From Tubiluchus corallicola (Eukaryota > Animalia > Priapulida): a DNA stretch of 64,000 bases. The translations under genes and the position numbers were made by a program. Below are positions 63,671 to 64,000 of the stretch, piece after piece (position 1 is the stretch's first letter; each line of letters starts with the position of its first letter). The notes under the pieces were generated by a model, which was not told where the DNA came from, made no database searches, and saw only the letters and a list, made by a program, of their open reading frames with translations. The stretch spans positions 1,174,066 through 1,238,065 of the forward strand of contig JAQGDQ010000011.1 in assembly GCA_030141605.1 (NCBI GenBank), written 5' to 3'.

Positions 63671-64000
63671 CAGGTGGCGCAAAAAATGTGCCAAAGTTTT
63701 GATCATGATATTATACAACGAAAACAACAGAATCACTTGAAAATTGCCACATTTATGTTACCTACAAACACCAAAAATTTTAGGTCATTCCCTTAGATTT
63801 TTCCAAAGATACAGAAGTTTTAGTACCTCTGCATCAAACAGCTCATAAGTTGAAAACCACTAAAACTATAAATTTGCAACTTTCACTGAGAAACGTAGTA
63901 TAATATGCTGATAATTATATCTCTAATAAGATTTCAATTTTGAGGGCACTTGCTTCTAATATTACTGTGGTCTAAACTTCGGCACATTTTTTCTATGCCA
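63671..64000. mobile_element. Tc1/mariner-like MITE (right TIR cut by window edge)
   Basis: caggtggcgcaaaaaatgtgccaaagttt / aaacttcggcacattttttctatgcca. Confidence 0.7.

Overview
AT-rich eukaryotic, most likely invertebrate animal, genomic DNA. The only clearly intact gene is a + strand lysosomal alpha-mannosidase (GH38, MAN2B1-type). I traced 23 coding exons by hand from ATG 45568 to 63594 (2935 coding nt, frame continuous across all junctions, one GC-AG intron); the last exon lies beyond the window. A frameshifted class A GPCR fragment (TM3-TM7) lies at about 35.6-36.3 kb. The remainder is mostly non-autonomous DNA transposons (two Kolobok-type TTAA/AGG MITE families plus hAT-, Harbinger- and Tc1-like MITEs), tRNA- and 5S-derived SINE relics, LINE ends, Penelope-type hammerhead relics, and micro- and minisatellites. 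Most ORF-track entries are low-complexity artefacts. The most unusual signals: (1) two independent cases in which a Kolobok-type MITE copy appears to have copied another copy plus its unique flank from 24-32 kb away; (2) tandem amplification of splice-acceptor/exon junctions in the mannosidase gene, giving six decoy acceptors that all lead to early stops; (3) a 137-bp permuted, partly inverted hammerhead-bearing insertion with a TSD; (4) a tRNA-like cloverleaf with a TCA anticodon. Repeat boundaries are approximate and family assignments rest on termini only; no database searches were run.
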